A stretch of 64,000 nucleotides of DNA from Octopus sinensis (GCF_006345805.1 NC_043003.1:109926001-109990000); one strand, 5' to 3'. Shown: positions 28,560 through 42,985, counted from the first letter of the stretch. Translations and numbers: made by a program. The notes: generated by a model not told the origin, from the sequence alone.

Positions 28560-30420
28560 AGAATTGGTCCTTTTTCATGCCGAATTTTACTTGGTGAAAT
28601 TATTGATTACGAATTAATTAATTAATTTAACCCTTTGTTATTATTGATATATATATATATATATATCGTGACCGGTAATTTCCACTCGGAAAATTTCACT
28701 ATAGGTGAAATTCACAGCGGTGTATTCCACTAAAGTAAATTCAATTAGAGTAAACGGTCTATAGAAAACTAATTACGCATGCCCTTATTACACACTTCTC
28801 AATAAGTTAGTCGTACATAGTTAAAGTATAATTTTATGCCATTGTTACTCATTTTTTAATTGAATTTCTCTGTACTGCTAATTTTTTTAATATTCAGTTT
28901 AACTTTGAACATTGAAACGCTCAACCATGGCAACATTTACAACATCAATTAACAAACGTGAGCTTTGTGACGAAGAGAATCATATATACGAAAAGAATGC
29001 ATTCAACAGTAGCAAAACAAAACAGGAATATATTGGCGTTATGAACGTTTTTACAAAGTTTGCCGGGCTAGACGATATACAACTTTCAACTCCAGTATAA
29101 CAGAAGTTATTTTTTCAACGGGCTCTCATAATCACTCACCAAGTAGTGCACACGTTAATGTCCGAAAGGCAGTTAATTAAATGACAAGTGAAGAAATGAG
29201 AACGGGCACAGTACTTTCATGGTAAGTAATAGCTACTGCTGTACAAAGTCTCGATGAGGAAGCACGATCATTGCTGCAAACTATTCCTGGACTTTCACGT
29301 AACATACATAACTGGTGACAGCATGCTTTAGGAATACTAGTAGTTCCATCTTGTCATTTAAGGTTTGAAATTCCTGATGCAGTTAAGTAATTAGAAAACG
29401 AGTCCTTTTCTTTGGCATTCATGAAGCAGACAGCATTTTAGTTTTTTGCTCAGAAAAAGGCTTGGATGATCTAGAAAACTCTGAAAATTGGGCCTGCGAT
29501 GGGACTTTTAAGGCGTCTCCTAGTTTGTGGTATCAGATGTTCACGTTTCATATCATCATTGGAGAGTCATGTGTGCCCAGGTTATTTGCATTAATTCCTC
29601 ACAAAAAAGAAGCTTCATATCATCATGTTCTGTTCGTTGTGCGGGATTTAAGGGCAAATTATCGGCCTGCGACCTGTCTCATGGACCTTGAAAAAGCCCT
29701 CCATAAATCATTTGTTTCTGTATTTCTGCATTTAGAAGTAGTTGGGTGTTTTGTTTTCAACTCGGACAGTCTATTTGGCGAAGGACAAGTGCACTTGGTG
29801 AGAGTAGGAGACACAACACGGATGGAAGTTTTCAGCTTAAAATTAAGTGTTTTTGCTCTTTAGCATTTTTACCAATTGAATATGTTCTTAATGCATTTGA
29901 AGATTAATCTGACGATGAAATTACCCTTTCTGAGTTTATCCCTTATTTTGAGAATTCAGACAGTGGGACTGAAAGGAGATGCGGTCTTCGACGACAAAGA
30001 GAAACTCCATAGTTTCCTATCCAACTCTGCAATATACTCGACCGCGTTTTAAATGACTTGCGAAGAGCAAATAATTCGGTAGAAGGTTCCCACAATGCTT
30101 TGCCGTCATCCATAGCATCCGCACATCCAAATTTGTGGAAACTTTGCAATGCACTTAAGACTGAAGAAGGCTTAAACCAGACGAAAATCGCGCACATTCG
30201 ACGTGGGGAATCGACCAAAAAAAAAAAAATCCAATCAAATGATTGATGTCCGGCTAATAAATCTAGTAGTGAATTATCAATCTGAAAACGCTCTGTAATT
30301 TTTCATAAATTTGTCATAAAAGAATTTTCTTCAAATATATTAAACATTTTTCCATAACTTTAATTTTCTGTATTCGCCATCATTTTTATGTAAATATGTT
30401 AATAAAATGTGAGCTAAATT
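28560..30420 (+). mobile_element. Degenerate FLYWCH-MULE (Mutator-like) DNA transposon
   Basis: N-terminal FLYWCH-like piece (28928-29140, ending ...HNHSP); WACDGTFK..WYQMFTFH, LIPHKKEASY, MDLEKA, VVGCF; RRANNSVEGSHN...HPNLWK. Subterminal gaaatttcac-like repeats at 28580-28750. Many stops. Confidence 0.85.
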
Positions 30421-32148
30421 GTGTTCATATTTTATATCAATAATATTAATACGCTAACTTTTTGTTTTTGTACGTACATGTTGTGTGCGTCACACTTACT
30501 TCAAAGAAATGGCAAAGTGGGAGAGAGAGCAGGACAGAGAGGAAGTAAGAGAGAGACAGGAGGACAGAGAGGAAGTAGGAGAGAGAGAAAGTGAGAGTGA
30601 GAAAAAGTGAGAAAAAGTGTGAGAGTGAAAGAGAGTGAAACAGTGAGTGGTGTCAGCGTTCGTTTTGTGCTTTGAAATGTCTCAAAGAGGAAGTAAGAGA
30701 GAAAGAGAGAGAAATATTGAAAGAGACAGCGAGTTTGGCTTTTAAATGTTTCACAGGTGACGCAAGAGAGAAAGAGTGAGAAAGAGAGAGAGAGAGAGAG
30801 AGAGTGAGAGAGAGAGAAAGAGACATTGAGTGGTGACGGTGTTCGTTTTGTGTTTTTAAATGTTTATCACATCGCAAGAGAAGTAGATACATAGATACAT
30901 ATACACATTGTTAAATCAAAAGCGTGAGGGAAGAGGGACATAAAGGAAGTCAAAGAGAAAAAGAGAAAGTGAGTGTGACAGTAGATACATAAATCCAAAG
31001 AAAGGTTCATATATAGATGCATACACACAGCAAATATTGGATGTCGGTTTCACTTTTCATTACCACACGAGGATAAAATTAACTCACAAATTACTGAGTA
31101 CTCCACAGACATGCATAATATTAACGTAGTTCTAAGGGAGATTCAGCCTTTACGCAGAATATAACAAGGCTGGTCCCTTTGAATTACAGCTACAAATCGA
31201 GACATATATATATATTATATACATATGAATGTATTTGTGTGTGTGTATAGTTTAGGCTACTTAAAACATGTTTGCAATAATGTGTCTCGTGGTGGAGATA
31301 AACGCAATTACCAAACTTTCATTCATAACTCTGTTTATTATTTCCTTCTTTGAATATGTACGATGTATTTTAAGGTAAAGCAGTAATTCTGTTTACGTTT
31401 GTGTAACTGAGATACTTTGGATGGATTATATATTCCTTGGTGTTACTTTCTATATTCTGTAACTGTCACAATATACTTTTCTAGGCCTGCCTCTTTTGTG
31501 GCGAAGGGGCCAGTTGGCTAGATCAACCCCAGTACACATCTCATACCCCGAAAGGACGAAAGTCAATCTCGCAAAAATTTGAACTCAGAACATAAAGACA
31601 GAAGGTCATAATCTACAAAATGGTTCCAGTACACTGTTTACAGATGCTTACACTTTTTATGTTTTCGTGAATTTTGCACGGGTCCAGCTAGTATATGCAA
31701 TTACTTAAATTGGGAAAAAGAGATGTCAAATTGATGTTACAAACGTTTCCATAAACTATAGTTCTTTAATTCATAACTCTTACAAAGTTAGGCGATGCAT
31801 GCCATAAATGTGACATATGTAATAACATTACTGTTCGTTAACTTCCTCGGACATCCTGATTTGCAACATATGAAATGAATGCACGACACGAAATAAATTT
31901 ATATCATTTCAGGTGTGCGCTAACACATAAAGTGCACAAATTGCAGACACAGAGAGACAGACAGAAACGCACACATACATATATACATAGATAAATACAC
32001 ACACACACACACACACCACACACACACACATATATATATATATATTATATATATATATATATATATACGCATATACATGCATATATACCTGATCTGATCA
32101 ATGAGTATCCAGATTATTGCCATAGTAACAAATTAGAGCACCTAGTGT

Positions 32149-32906
32149 GAAGCTGCTTGGCACAGATTCAACTTGCATTCTGCTGTGCATGCGAATTAAG
32201 TTCTAACGTTCTAGCTCACTGCCGCTGTTTACAGCAGTGCTTAGAAGGGAGGTGTATAGCGTGTGATCACCGCATTGACCATGACAGTGAAAGTTGAGCA
32301 GAGAATTTACATTAAATATTGCCAAAAGCTTGTTCATATCTGCTCAGAGACATACGCAATGTTTTCAAAATGTTTTCATCTTTCTGGCCACAACCAAAGA
32401 GATATTGTGCGACTGAAGCCCGAGTGCTAGTTTGGTCTGCTGAAAGCAGTTCTGGCACAAAAGTGGCAGTCACGAGTCTCATTCCCAAATCTTCAGTGAT
32501 AATGGACTGAACTGAACCCTAACGAATCTGCACATCTTATCATTCATGGATGGTGATTCAACGATTTTCTCTCATAGCTGCACACACATATGCGATGTTT
32601 TCTCACTTCTGCTGCTTGCCGGTCTCCCAGGACACATGTGAAAATCGACATTGTTCGGCCATCTTGGAAACGTTGAGCATCTCGTGAACTTGTGCGCGGC
32701 TCAAACACTCCACTCTATTCACTTTCTGCGACTTTGCGTAACCCTCTGAACAGTTATCACCACGACAACTTGCCCTGTCGTTCCACGATCACACGCTACA
32801 CACCTTCGCTCCAAGTACTGCTGCAAATAGCAGAAGTGAGCTTGAACGTTAAATCTTAGATTACATGCACAGCAGAGTTCACACTCAACATTTGCCAAGC
32901 AGCTTC
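32149..32906. mobile_element. Non-autonomous mariner derivative made of two head-to-head 5' ends
   Basis: Inverted arms ~32149-32270 and ~32786-32906. Plus strand: MTVKVEQRIYIKYCQKL. Minus strand: LSRAQVHE..RFQDGR..PGRP..GSVQSIITEDLGMRLVTATFVPELLS. Confidence 0.8.
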
Positions 32907-32924
32907 CCTCTTATTACTTTACCT

Positions 32925-33019
<95 letters not shown>

Positions 33020-33234
33020 ATCTATCTATATATCTATATATCTATATCGAAGGTTTGTAATGGACGCAGGTTCGTGTGTCAAATAGCTAGCTTGAGGCGG
33101 TGGCCTCTTGGAACTAATCAGCGACAGCTTTAGTCTTATATTTATAAGACTGCCATATTAGTATGGCGATAACTATTAATTTCCAGTAGCGCTGCCGTAA
33201 TCTCCTTTAGAGAGACTTAGTAATTAAATATTTC

Positions 33235-33340
<106 letters not shown>

Positions 33341-33434
33341 TAGATAGACAGATAGATAAATGACTAAATTCAGCGGGTATATAGCCTATTGGCTGTATTA
33401 TAGTGCATTGTTGTACCATTCAAAACTTTTTATT

Positions 33435-33470
<36 letters not shown>

Positions 33471-33480
33471 GTGGGTGGGT

Positions 33481-33780
33481 GTGAAGGCGCATGGCTCAGT
33501 AGTTAGGGCATTCTGCTCACCATCGTAAGGTCAAGAGTTCAATTACCGGCGACGCGTTGTGTCCTTCAGCAAGACACTTTATTTCACGTTGCTGCAGTCC
33601 AACCAGCTGACAAAAGTGAGTAGTACCTGTATTTCAAAAGGCCAGGCATGTCACACTCTGTGTCACGCTGAATCTCCCTTACGACTACGTTAAGGGTACA
33701 CGTGTCTGCGGGTTGCTCAGCCATTGCACGCTAGTTTCACGAGCCACCTTTTCCGTTGATCGTATCAGCTGTGACCATTG
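33481..33780 (+). mobile_element. tRNA-derived CORE-like SINE
   Basis: A-box-like tggctcagtagtt, B-box-like gagttcaattacc, then gttgtgtccttcagcaagacacttta. Confidence 0.7.
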
Positions 33781-34234
33781 TTCCTCATGCTAAAAATGAA
33801 TGCGCTAGGTGTTTTACTTATATAAAAATATATTGAACTATAAAACTTAGACCGTTCGAAATTATCCAAAAAAATTTGCAGAAATGCCCCTCTCTAAGTA
33901 TAGTACTATACAGTAGTATATAAGCATAGTATCAATAAAACGATTAACTGAAAAATCGGCGTTCAAATTTTGCCATCGACCTCCAATCTGTATTAGAATC
34001 ATATCCCTTTCAAATTCCAAATGTATTAAACTGTAAAATAGTACAATGCGTTGTATACATGTAAAAAACAAAGTTTCAATGTTTAATGTTTAATAATTTA
34101 ATTATTTGTAAAGTATTTTTTGAATAATCCCATGGAATTTTTTCAGTGGACTGAAATATTGGTGAGATACGTAAACGTTATTATGTTTGTCCTCAGTACA
34201 CTTCCATGATTAATCTGTCGGTGTTACAATTATA

Positions 34235-34466
34235 CAGGGTGTTCAAAAAGATTCTCTCAGTAAGTACTTGCCAAATAAATATTTATAAGATGGTATAAGA
34301 CTACAAAATAATATACTAGTCGTTACAACACTTTAAAAAACTTTAGAAGAGGTATTGAAAGAGTCGTCCTTCATTTTCAATACATACGTTGATTCTTCTA
34401 AACATGTTTTGAAATATATCTTGGAGAGTCTGACACGGTTTGCGGAGAGACTTTTTGAACAACCTG
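34235..34466. mobile_element. Tc1/mariner-type MITE
   Basis: TA|cagggtgttcaaaaag ... ctttttgaacaacctg|TA: terminal inverted repeats with TA target duplication. Confidence 0.8.
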
Positions 34467-35129
34467 TAGAAGAGAGGCCGTGATGCTATGGATATTTTCA
34501 ATCGAAGATATGAGGTTACACATCATCGACCAGAGATTACTACTGGTGCTGAAAACCTACTGTTTGAATTTAATGTGTAATTTGAAAATATATATTTTTT
34601 ATAAGAAACATGCACTTTTTTATTCTTATGCAAACTGTCCCCTACAGTCCGATATATTTTTGCCTCATAATCATCGCTACAGTAGCCCTAATATATAAGC
34701 TTTTGAATTTTTATTTATTTTAAATATTAATGTTATATTTAATACTAGAGTTTACAATCTTGGTTGGCTAAAGTATTTTAATTAAAAAAGTTTCTCAAAT
34801 TCACGTCATACAAAATTATTGATTAAATTCATCTACATTCATCTATAAATTTATTGGAATGATAAATAGAGCATGTAGATCGATAGATGTGTAAAATCCT
34901 TACATTGATTAGATATAGGTTAGAATATTACTTCAAATATCATATCTGGGTTGAAATATTGCTATAAACAGCATATCAATACCACCCAGCCACCGCCGCC
35001 GCCACCACCACCACCACTACTACTATCACCACTAGGATTTCTACTTTTCCAAGAGTCTAATCTGTTGTGCGTATATATGAAATAATAATAATAATAATAA
35101 TATTAATGATGATGATGATGATGATGATG

Positions 35130-35171
<42 letters not shown>

Positions 35172-38100
35172 TTAATAATAACATAAAAAGGTATCAGATG
35201 GTCATCTGTATCTAAATATGAAAGTGCGGTACAAAACACAGACCCACGAGATATAATTACATATTTTCTTGCCGGAAAAATATCTATGCAAACTGGAAAT
35301 TATATTGTTTGTTCTATTTATGGATGCACTGATATCTCCAGATATTTCAAATGTGAAGCGAAATATAACCTTAAGTTAGAACCATGATGAATTAGGTACA
35401 GAGAAACACGTCTCCAAATTGAGGCTTATTAATAGAACTTTTGGAAAATATTGATTAAATAATCAACAAAGACGTGCTGAGATGTACAAGAGGAAAACCA
35501 TTGAAGTCTTGAGTTGACGTCAACTACTAAATAGTAAACAAATATATAGTATTGTTTCTGAATGCAATTATCTTGGCATAGCCATAAATCATTATACAAT
35601 ATACAAGTAAAATGTTTGTTTCTCTAAAGTTCGTCTTGGACCAATGAAATGAATATTATTGTGATAGTGATAAAAATAATTCTGATTTTCAGCTGACTGT
35701 AGCGGACGATATATTCGACCAGTTTAGGAGAATAAAAAAATCCCCATTTATCATTTAGTATTTATATAGTTACAAATATTATGAGTTAGTCTTTGTAAAG
35801 TTCATCTTGCACAGGTGAAATAAATGTCATAACAATATTGATAAAAATAATTTTCATTTTTAACCGTTGGGAATAGATTACATATTTTCCTACTTTAAGA
35901 GGATAAAAGAATCGCCGCTTATAGTTATCATTTATGTAGTTACAAACACAAGGAAATACTTCCAATATTCAAAACGTTCTGCGCTAGAATTTTGTTTCAC
36001 AGGACATCAGAATATATACATATTTATCCATGAAACTTTAAGTGTATGAAGCTTTCAAAATCTATACGCATTTCTGGTGAACATTTTTCAGAAAATTTTT
36101 ATTATATTAAATTCTATTTTATATGTAATCAGAAAAATGACGAATTATGCTACGACAAGAGACCAAGTAATTTAGCACTTAAACATGTAATAGAAAGCGC
36201 CATATTAAACGAAACTTAGGATAAGAGTAGAATTGCAAGGACAAAAATGTGGTCTGATAAAAATAAATCCGAAACTATAATAAAAATAAATCCGAAAGAG
36301 AATTTATTAGTCCTCAGTAACTCCAGTTAGTAAGAAAAGTTGTTATAAAGGAAGTTTTGGACCACTAGTTATCATAGCCAGCATTGTTATTTAACGCAAA
36401 GTCTTGAACAAAGAGTAGATATCAAAATACTTTCTTTAAATTTCTCATAAAGCGACTTAAAATATTATGCTAAAATTCTAGCTTATGCATAGAAAACCTG
36501 AAGGCAAGTGTTATGAATGTTCAAATTGGAAATCGAACGATAAGCATATTTGTCTCGATGTGTCATTTACAAGTCGCAACGGTCTACTTTTTAAGAAAAG
36601 ACAGTTGCTATTCTCTTTCGTTTAGCAAACCACGTAACAGCTAACTCCTTGACCCGTAGCAAAGAAGAAAACATATTCTGACTTTTTTCTGCAATGCAGA
36701 TTGAGTTAAAATATATGCAGTTATTATATTAATACAACTTTTGTTATGTAATTTATTGCCTGCGTATTACTATTATATATGATTATTGTCATATGTTTGG
36801 ACTGGTTCCAATGCAAGAGAACACTGTAAATGATGTTTTGAAATATATTGATATTGCATTTTTGGCGCTTAGATAATACACATAAAATGTTTTGTATCAA
36901 ACGTGTTATACAGTTAATTAAAATATTACGGTTATCTAAGAATAGCTTTAATTTAGTAAATAAAACCTTCCAATGTGGGTATCTCATAACTATAAGGAAT
37001 AAGCAGTAGCAGGAATTCCAATAATATTAGCCAAACGAGAAAATAAAGAGAATGTGTATAGGATTGTTTAATTTCTCTAAAGTCTACCTGCGATAGACAC
37101 ACATATTTCTTTACTGTTTTACTGATGATATCTAGTAAGATTGGTACCATTTCGTTAATTTAACTACTTGGCTTTGAAGGCTAGATCCACACAGTGTCTT
37201 TATTTTAAAACAATACCGAAAGGCATTCTATCAGACGCTTTAAAAAGTCAATAATTTCGCCTCATTTATAAGTGTGTAAAATAAACATAGCCTCCCTCGC
37301 AGACAAGTATGACATGGCAGCTGGAACCGTTCTTATTCTATTTGTTTTGGGTGCCTTTATAATGACGAACAGATATAATCTTACCTGCGGCTCTCCATCT
37401 CTTGAGCTAACAGAACATCGCATATGTGAGAGATTGTGAAAAATTTGAATAAGCTGGAGCAATGTTAAATTATGTGCCTAGCAAAGGAGCACCAAAGGCC
37501 ACCCTGCCCAAGAATCGAACTCATGACCTTATGATTGTGAGCCCAATACACTAAGGCATGTGTCATCGTCAAGGGTTATGTACAAATATATTATCTGATT
37601 CAGCTTTGTTTCACGATAGAATGTGATTTCAGTTACATTTGGATGCTATTTTTAGAAGGCTGAACATAAACGCAAAGTGCCGCTTTCATATTAGTTGCTT
37701 TGTGTAGATTCTAATGTGAAAAAGATATTCTTATTGAGACTGCTAATATTAATACTACGTTTGGTATGTATCAATTTTCCAGCAACTTCCTTTGTCATAG
37801 TTTTCTCATGAAATGTATCCAATCACAGTTTGGTGTGAATTTAGGGAATTTGGATACTATTTTGAGGATTTGGGATGCTACAGTTTTTGACACATTTATT
37901 AGTTTGATTGATTTATTGCCTGATCTTAAATGTCCACTTCGTTAACTTAGGAAGGGTTAAAAATAGAAAGTTCAATTTTCTTAGCCAATGATTACCAGAC
38001 TAAATATAAAATGACAAAAGTAGTTTTTCAAAAATTGTTTTATTTTTTGTGCCAAGTTATTTTCGTATTCAGAACACGGCCAATACCATATGTTGAGTGA

Positions 38101-39264
38101 ATTACTAGTTATAAGAAAACTTGAAATGCCATAGACATACGATCACAAGTATATATTGCAACGCAATTTGTTTTAGATATTGGTAACTCAAGATATTTCA
38201 GCAGATTATATTAAAAAACGGCCCGTATTTGCAGAGAATATTTACCTTTTGTCTTCAGTCCTTAATTTTTTTGCTACTCTACTGTCAAATACTTTTTTCT
38301 AAATATATATTGAAATAGAAATGGGGACTTGTCAGAATTAATACTCGAGTAACAATGTTTTTTCTGTTAGTACCATAAATTTAGCAATAGAGTGCGTGAT
38401 TTTTGATTTTAAGTTGCAGTCACATCATTTGAGCTGCTAATGCATGAATATTAAAACTTTGTATTCCTTTTCTGTGTAATTGAAAACAGAAGTGATCAGC
38501 GTAAAAGTTATAATTTTATCTCTGTTCTTTCCAAGCAATGCTATTTTGCCTCCAAAGTGAAAGTATTTAGTTTCAATTATATTACGAATGCCTATGAGAA
38601 ATCATCATAACGTCTTACATTTCCATTTCTAATAAAAAAAAAAGAAAAAACAGACCAAACTCACTCGAGGGGAATTTAATTCTGGTAGAAGAGAGTCAGG
38701 CGAAAGTTTCATTTGTCTAATAACGCATTAGCTTATAATTCCTAGCAACCTTCTTTCAAATGTGCATAGCTAATTTAACATGAAAGGCATACATGAGCGT
38801 TAAATCATGAAATTAATGTTATCTAATTAATATTAATGTTATCTAATTAATATTATGGCTAACTTTAGATATAAAAAGTAATGTTTAATATGATTAACAC
38901 TAGTGATTTAAAGCTAATTAAGCTAATTACTTGTTTATATAAGCCTTTGTATTAGAAACGTCTCCATAACATGTTTTGTTAATTAAACCTACTACATAAT
39001 TCAACTCCAGGCATTCTTTCAGAGGTTAATGTTTATGTTTTGATCGTTAACCTATAGAATAAAACACTCTAGTCCGAGAAATAGCAAAGCTAATTAGTAG
39101 ATGAAGAAGCCTGATCTAGTATTCATATTGCTCAACTTTCAAACCTTTCCAGAACTTATTCGTCTTGCTTATATCTATTTTACTGATTTACAGAACATGA
39201 TCGAAGAGAGACACAGACAGCAGTAGTAACAACAACAATAAAAGCAACAATATTAATAATCCTT

Positions 39265-39702
39265 TATACTATAGGCGCAAAACCTGAAAGTTTGGGCGAG
39301 GGACAAGTCGATTAGATCGACTCTAGTGCACAACTGTTATTAATGCAAAGTCTAATACGCGGCATTTAAACTCATGACATAAAGGTGAACGAAATGACGC
39401 TACGCATTTTGTCCGGCGTGCTGACGTTTCTGCCAGCTCACCGCCTAAACGACAACAACAACAACAACATTAACACAAATTATAGTAATCCTTTCTAGTA
39501 TAGTACAAGACCTGAGAATTGTGGGGGAGGGTCTAGCCGATTATATAGACCTCAGTACGTAACTGGTACATATTTCATCAACCCCGAAAAGATGAAAGGC
39601 GAAGTCGACCTCGATGAAATTCGAACTCAGGACGTTAAGACGGACGAAATTCCGCTAAGTATTTAGCCCGGTGTGTTAACGATTCTGCCAGCGCGCCACC
39701 TT
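39265..39702 (-). mobile_element. Two adjacent tRNA-derived SINE copies
   Basis: ~39265-39446 and ~39490-39702 match the reverse complement of the 45853-46080 family. Confidence 0.75.
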
Positions 39703-39980
39703 ACATAACGTTATAGTATATAACATATGATAATCTCGATTTAGTTGTCCATTCGATTCAGTAAATCCATTCGGACCTGATCAGGCAATTGGAAACGTAT
39801 GAGTTGGTTTGCGAGATTTTATAAGCCCGATTCTCCTATTAGCTACCCCCACACAGTGCCATCATACAACTAAAATACTTTTGGAAACTCCCACACTAAC
39901 AAATGAAATATATGAATGGGAAAACGCATGGAATTCTTAATACTCGTTATTTGTCACGCAGTTTAAATTGTGCTGTGGGA

Positions 39981-40025
<45 letters not shown>

Positions 40026-40152
40026 TAAATTAGAGATAAAACCACTATTAGGCAAATCATACAATGAAAAACTTAAGCCAATACATAAGATTATTTAATT
40101 TATATTATTTAAATATATAACAAAATTATTTAAAAAAATATAATTAATATAA

Positions 40153-40216
40153 CACTACGATCGTTTCATGGCTGTTAATTTCTTTAAATTTTCGAGTTAC
40201 AGTCATTCATCAGGTG
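40153..40216 (-). ncRNA. Minimal type I hammerhead ribozyme with canonical core
   Basis: Reverse complement: CAC-CUGAUGA-AUGaCUGU...ACAGcCAU-GAAAC-gauc-GUA-GUG; palindromic stem III ACGAUCGU. Confidence 0.75.
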
Positions 40217-40302
40217 GTTTAAGTATTTTACTATAAAATTGGATTCAATCCTAAATCTGATTTTTCCCTGTAAGTTTGGATTTATTCCCGAATATTTATT
40301 AT

Positions 40303-40338
<36 letters not shown>

Positions 40339-40339
40339 G

Positions 40340-41190
40340 ACATGCAGGAAGTAAATAGACAACTTTGACTTTCAAAATCTTATTTAATACGCAAAGCGAA
40401 CACTTGAAATGTAATCGATAGGTAGAACTACATACATTTGTATTTAGTTGACATTCCCTTTGCAGTTTTTAATTCAGAAACTCTTTTTGGCATTCGACTG
40501 ATGAGCTTTGTGATTGTCTCTTGTGGAATTTCTGCCCACTTTTCGCGCAACAATCGAAAGAATTCATCTTTAGACTTAGGTTTTTATCGAGATTTTCGTA
40601 TACCTCTATCTATTATACTCCAAAGATTTTCCATTGGGTTTATGTCAGGAGATTGGCTCGGCCAAGGAAGCTTTTTGATCTCATTTTCAATCAACCTTTT
40701 CGCTATGTGGCATGGAGCCCCATCTTCCATGAATAAAAACTCATTTTTCATTATGTCAATGTGTGAATACATCGAAAGTAGTCTTTCCTTAAGTATCTCA
40801 CTGCATTTTTCAGAGTTTATGGTTCCAACACATTCGATCAGCTCAGAACGACCATTGTTGGTAAGAGCTCACCATACCATTACAGAGATACCGCCATGTT
40901 TCACAGTTGGCTGGAGTAGTTTCAAATCAAATTCTTGATTGAGAAGCCTCTAGATCCAGGCACGTCCACTGTCAGAAAATATTGCAAATCTGGATTCATC
41001 TGAGAAAATCACTCTATCCCAAAATGAACTGGATTTTTCTGACATCCCTTTAGCTCATTTCTTTCTTTTCATGATATTCATGAAGGAGAGGTTTTCTTCT
41101 AGCTGTTCGTCCGCAATACCCAAGCTTATGCATATATGTAACACACGTTCTTGGGCTAACTTCAAACAGCGAAGCTTCCTTTCAGAAGGC
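40340..41190 (-). mobile_element. Degenerate Tc1-family transposase
   Basis: FWDRVIFSDESRF, QPTVKHGGISVMVW, FMEDGAPCH, WPSQSPDINPMENLW (DDE motifs); stops and deletions. Confidence 0.9.
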
Positions 41191-41201
41191 CCATATATAT
41201 A

Positions 41202-41244
<43 letters not shown>

Positions 41245-41701
41245 GTAATAATTAAGCTGGCAAGGTGCAATTCAAGATCAAGAAGGAAATAGCTAGAAAT
41301 AAGAGTCAAAGACAATTTGGCCACAAGGGCACATGTTCTATTTACTGAACAAGGGACGCAACTTGCCCCACCGCAAGGAAGTGCATTAGATTGGCATGCC
41401 AATTTCGCATGCAAATTAATACTCATCAGAAATGTTTACACTTTTGCGGGTGGTGAAGCTGAAATGTCCTTCTCAGTATTTATGTAATTCATGATAGAAA
41501 TCAGTGGCTGATTGTGCAAAGTGGTAAGGTGAAAATTGTAAAATAATGAAGGTGGGTAAACGCAATTCAAAGCCAAAAGACAATAATTCCCCGTCACGAA
41601 AAGGTGACGAGTGTATAAATACATACTTAAATGAATACATACATATATTATACATATATGCACACACTCACACACATATGTATGCATACATACATACATA
41701 T

Positions 41702-41769
<68 letters not shown>

Positions 41770-41876
41770 CAACAAATAAGGGTGAGAAACTTGGATACTA
41801 ATTTAATAGTACATCCATTCAACACCAAGTGGCTTAGTGCATAAAAACCCGGAATACGATAAATGTTATACATAAC

Positions 41877-42149
41877 TATAAGAGAGTAACCACTATGTGG
41901 TCGACTCTAGCACTAAAAATAGATCCGCTAGGTTTCAGCCACAAAGAATTGTTTCCGATGAAATTTAGCACGACTACTAGCGCAAACGAACAGAGCAAAT
42001 AAAAATCTACATTTTTGTTATTTTTATTTGCCCTGTTCGTTTGCGCTAGTAGTTGTGCTAAATTTCATCGGAAACAATTCTTTGTGGCTGAAACCTAGCG
42101 GATCTATTTTTAGTGCTAGATTCGGCCACATAGTGGTTACTCTCTTATA
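41877..42149. repeat. Near-perfect ~270 bp palindrome (arms ~130 bp, ~13 nt spacer)
   Basis: 41877-42006 is the reverse complement of 42020-42149 with only a few mismatches. Confidence 0.95.
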
Positions 42150-42151
42150 TT

Positions 42152-42200
<49 letters not shown>

Positions 42201-42354
42201 AACAATTATTTGGACTTAGGGTATATGTCTTGTAGTATGCCGATTAAAACATTTTCTCAGCTTATGCTGCCTGATGTCGTCCACAATTATGTTATAATTG
42301 TCACTGGCTCTACCTCAGGAATTCCGCAATGTTCGTTGAGTTTATAATGAATGA

Positions 42355-42985
42355 CGGAAATGGGAAATTGATTGATCTTTTCAACCCATACTAAATCTAT
42401 CCTTTACGGGTGGGATATTGTACATTTAGTTCTATTACATCAAGTGTGTAGTTTGAATAAGATAAATTTCTACGTATGCTGAGTTTCGCTTAGCATGTTG
42501 TGTTCACGCGTAGTATGTTGGCTATACTGACATAGGATGGGTTAATTCCGGGGCTACAACCAGTAGCTGGGTCTGGCTATAGTTCACAGTGAATACATAA
42601 CGTAAATTACAGTAATAAAAGATAAAGGATATAACCTGACAAGGGATACGAAATGAAGGATGGAAAGAATAAAATATATAGAATAAATCTTTACAAAGGA
42701 TACGAATTGAAAAATAAAATGTAGGAAAGGTATACATTTGTTGACATGAACATATATGCAGAACTACATGCACACACACACACAAACATATACACATCCC
42801 ACAACATGCCAAGCGAAACTCAGTACATGTTGTAATGTATCTTATTTACACCAGACACCCGACGAAGCAGAACCTGCATTGGTGGTTGCAAGGATGCAAC
42901 ACAACTAAATGTGTAATATCTCACCCAGGTCGAAGCGATCGTTGTGCTGAATGAAAATGATTTCTAAATCCATTTCCCGTTTCCC
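42355..42985. repeat. Diverged inverted repeat (arms ~42355-42503 and ~42799-42985)
   Basis: gctgagtttcgcttagcatgttgtg / cacaacatgccaagcgaaactcagt; gggtgggatattgtacatttagtt / aactaaatgtgtaatatctcaccc. Confidence 0.7.

Noticed and set aside
37180-37193. ctagatccacac, a partial match to miR-279
   Set aside because: Seed 5' end mismatched and no flanking hairpin
40438-40938. 166-aa plus-strand ORF
   Set aside because: Antisense to the Tc1 transposase remnant
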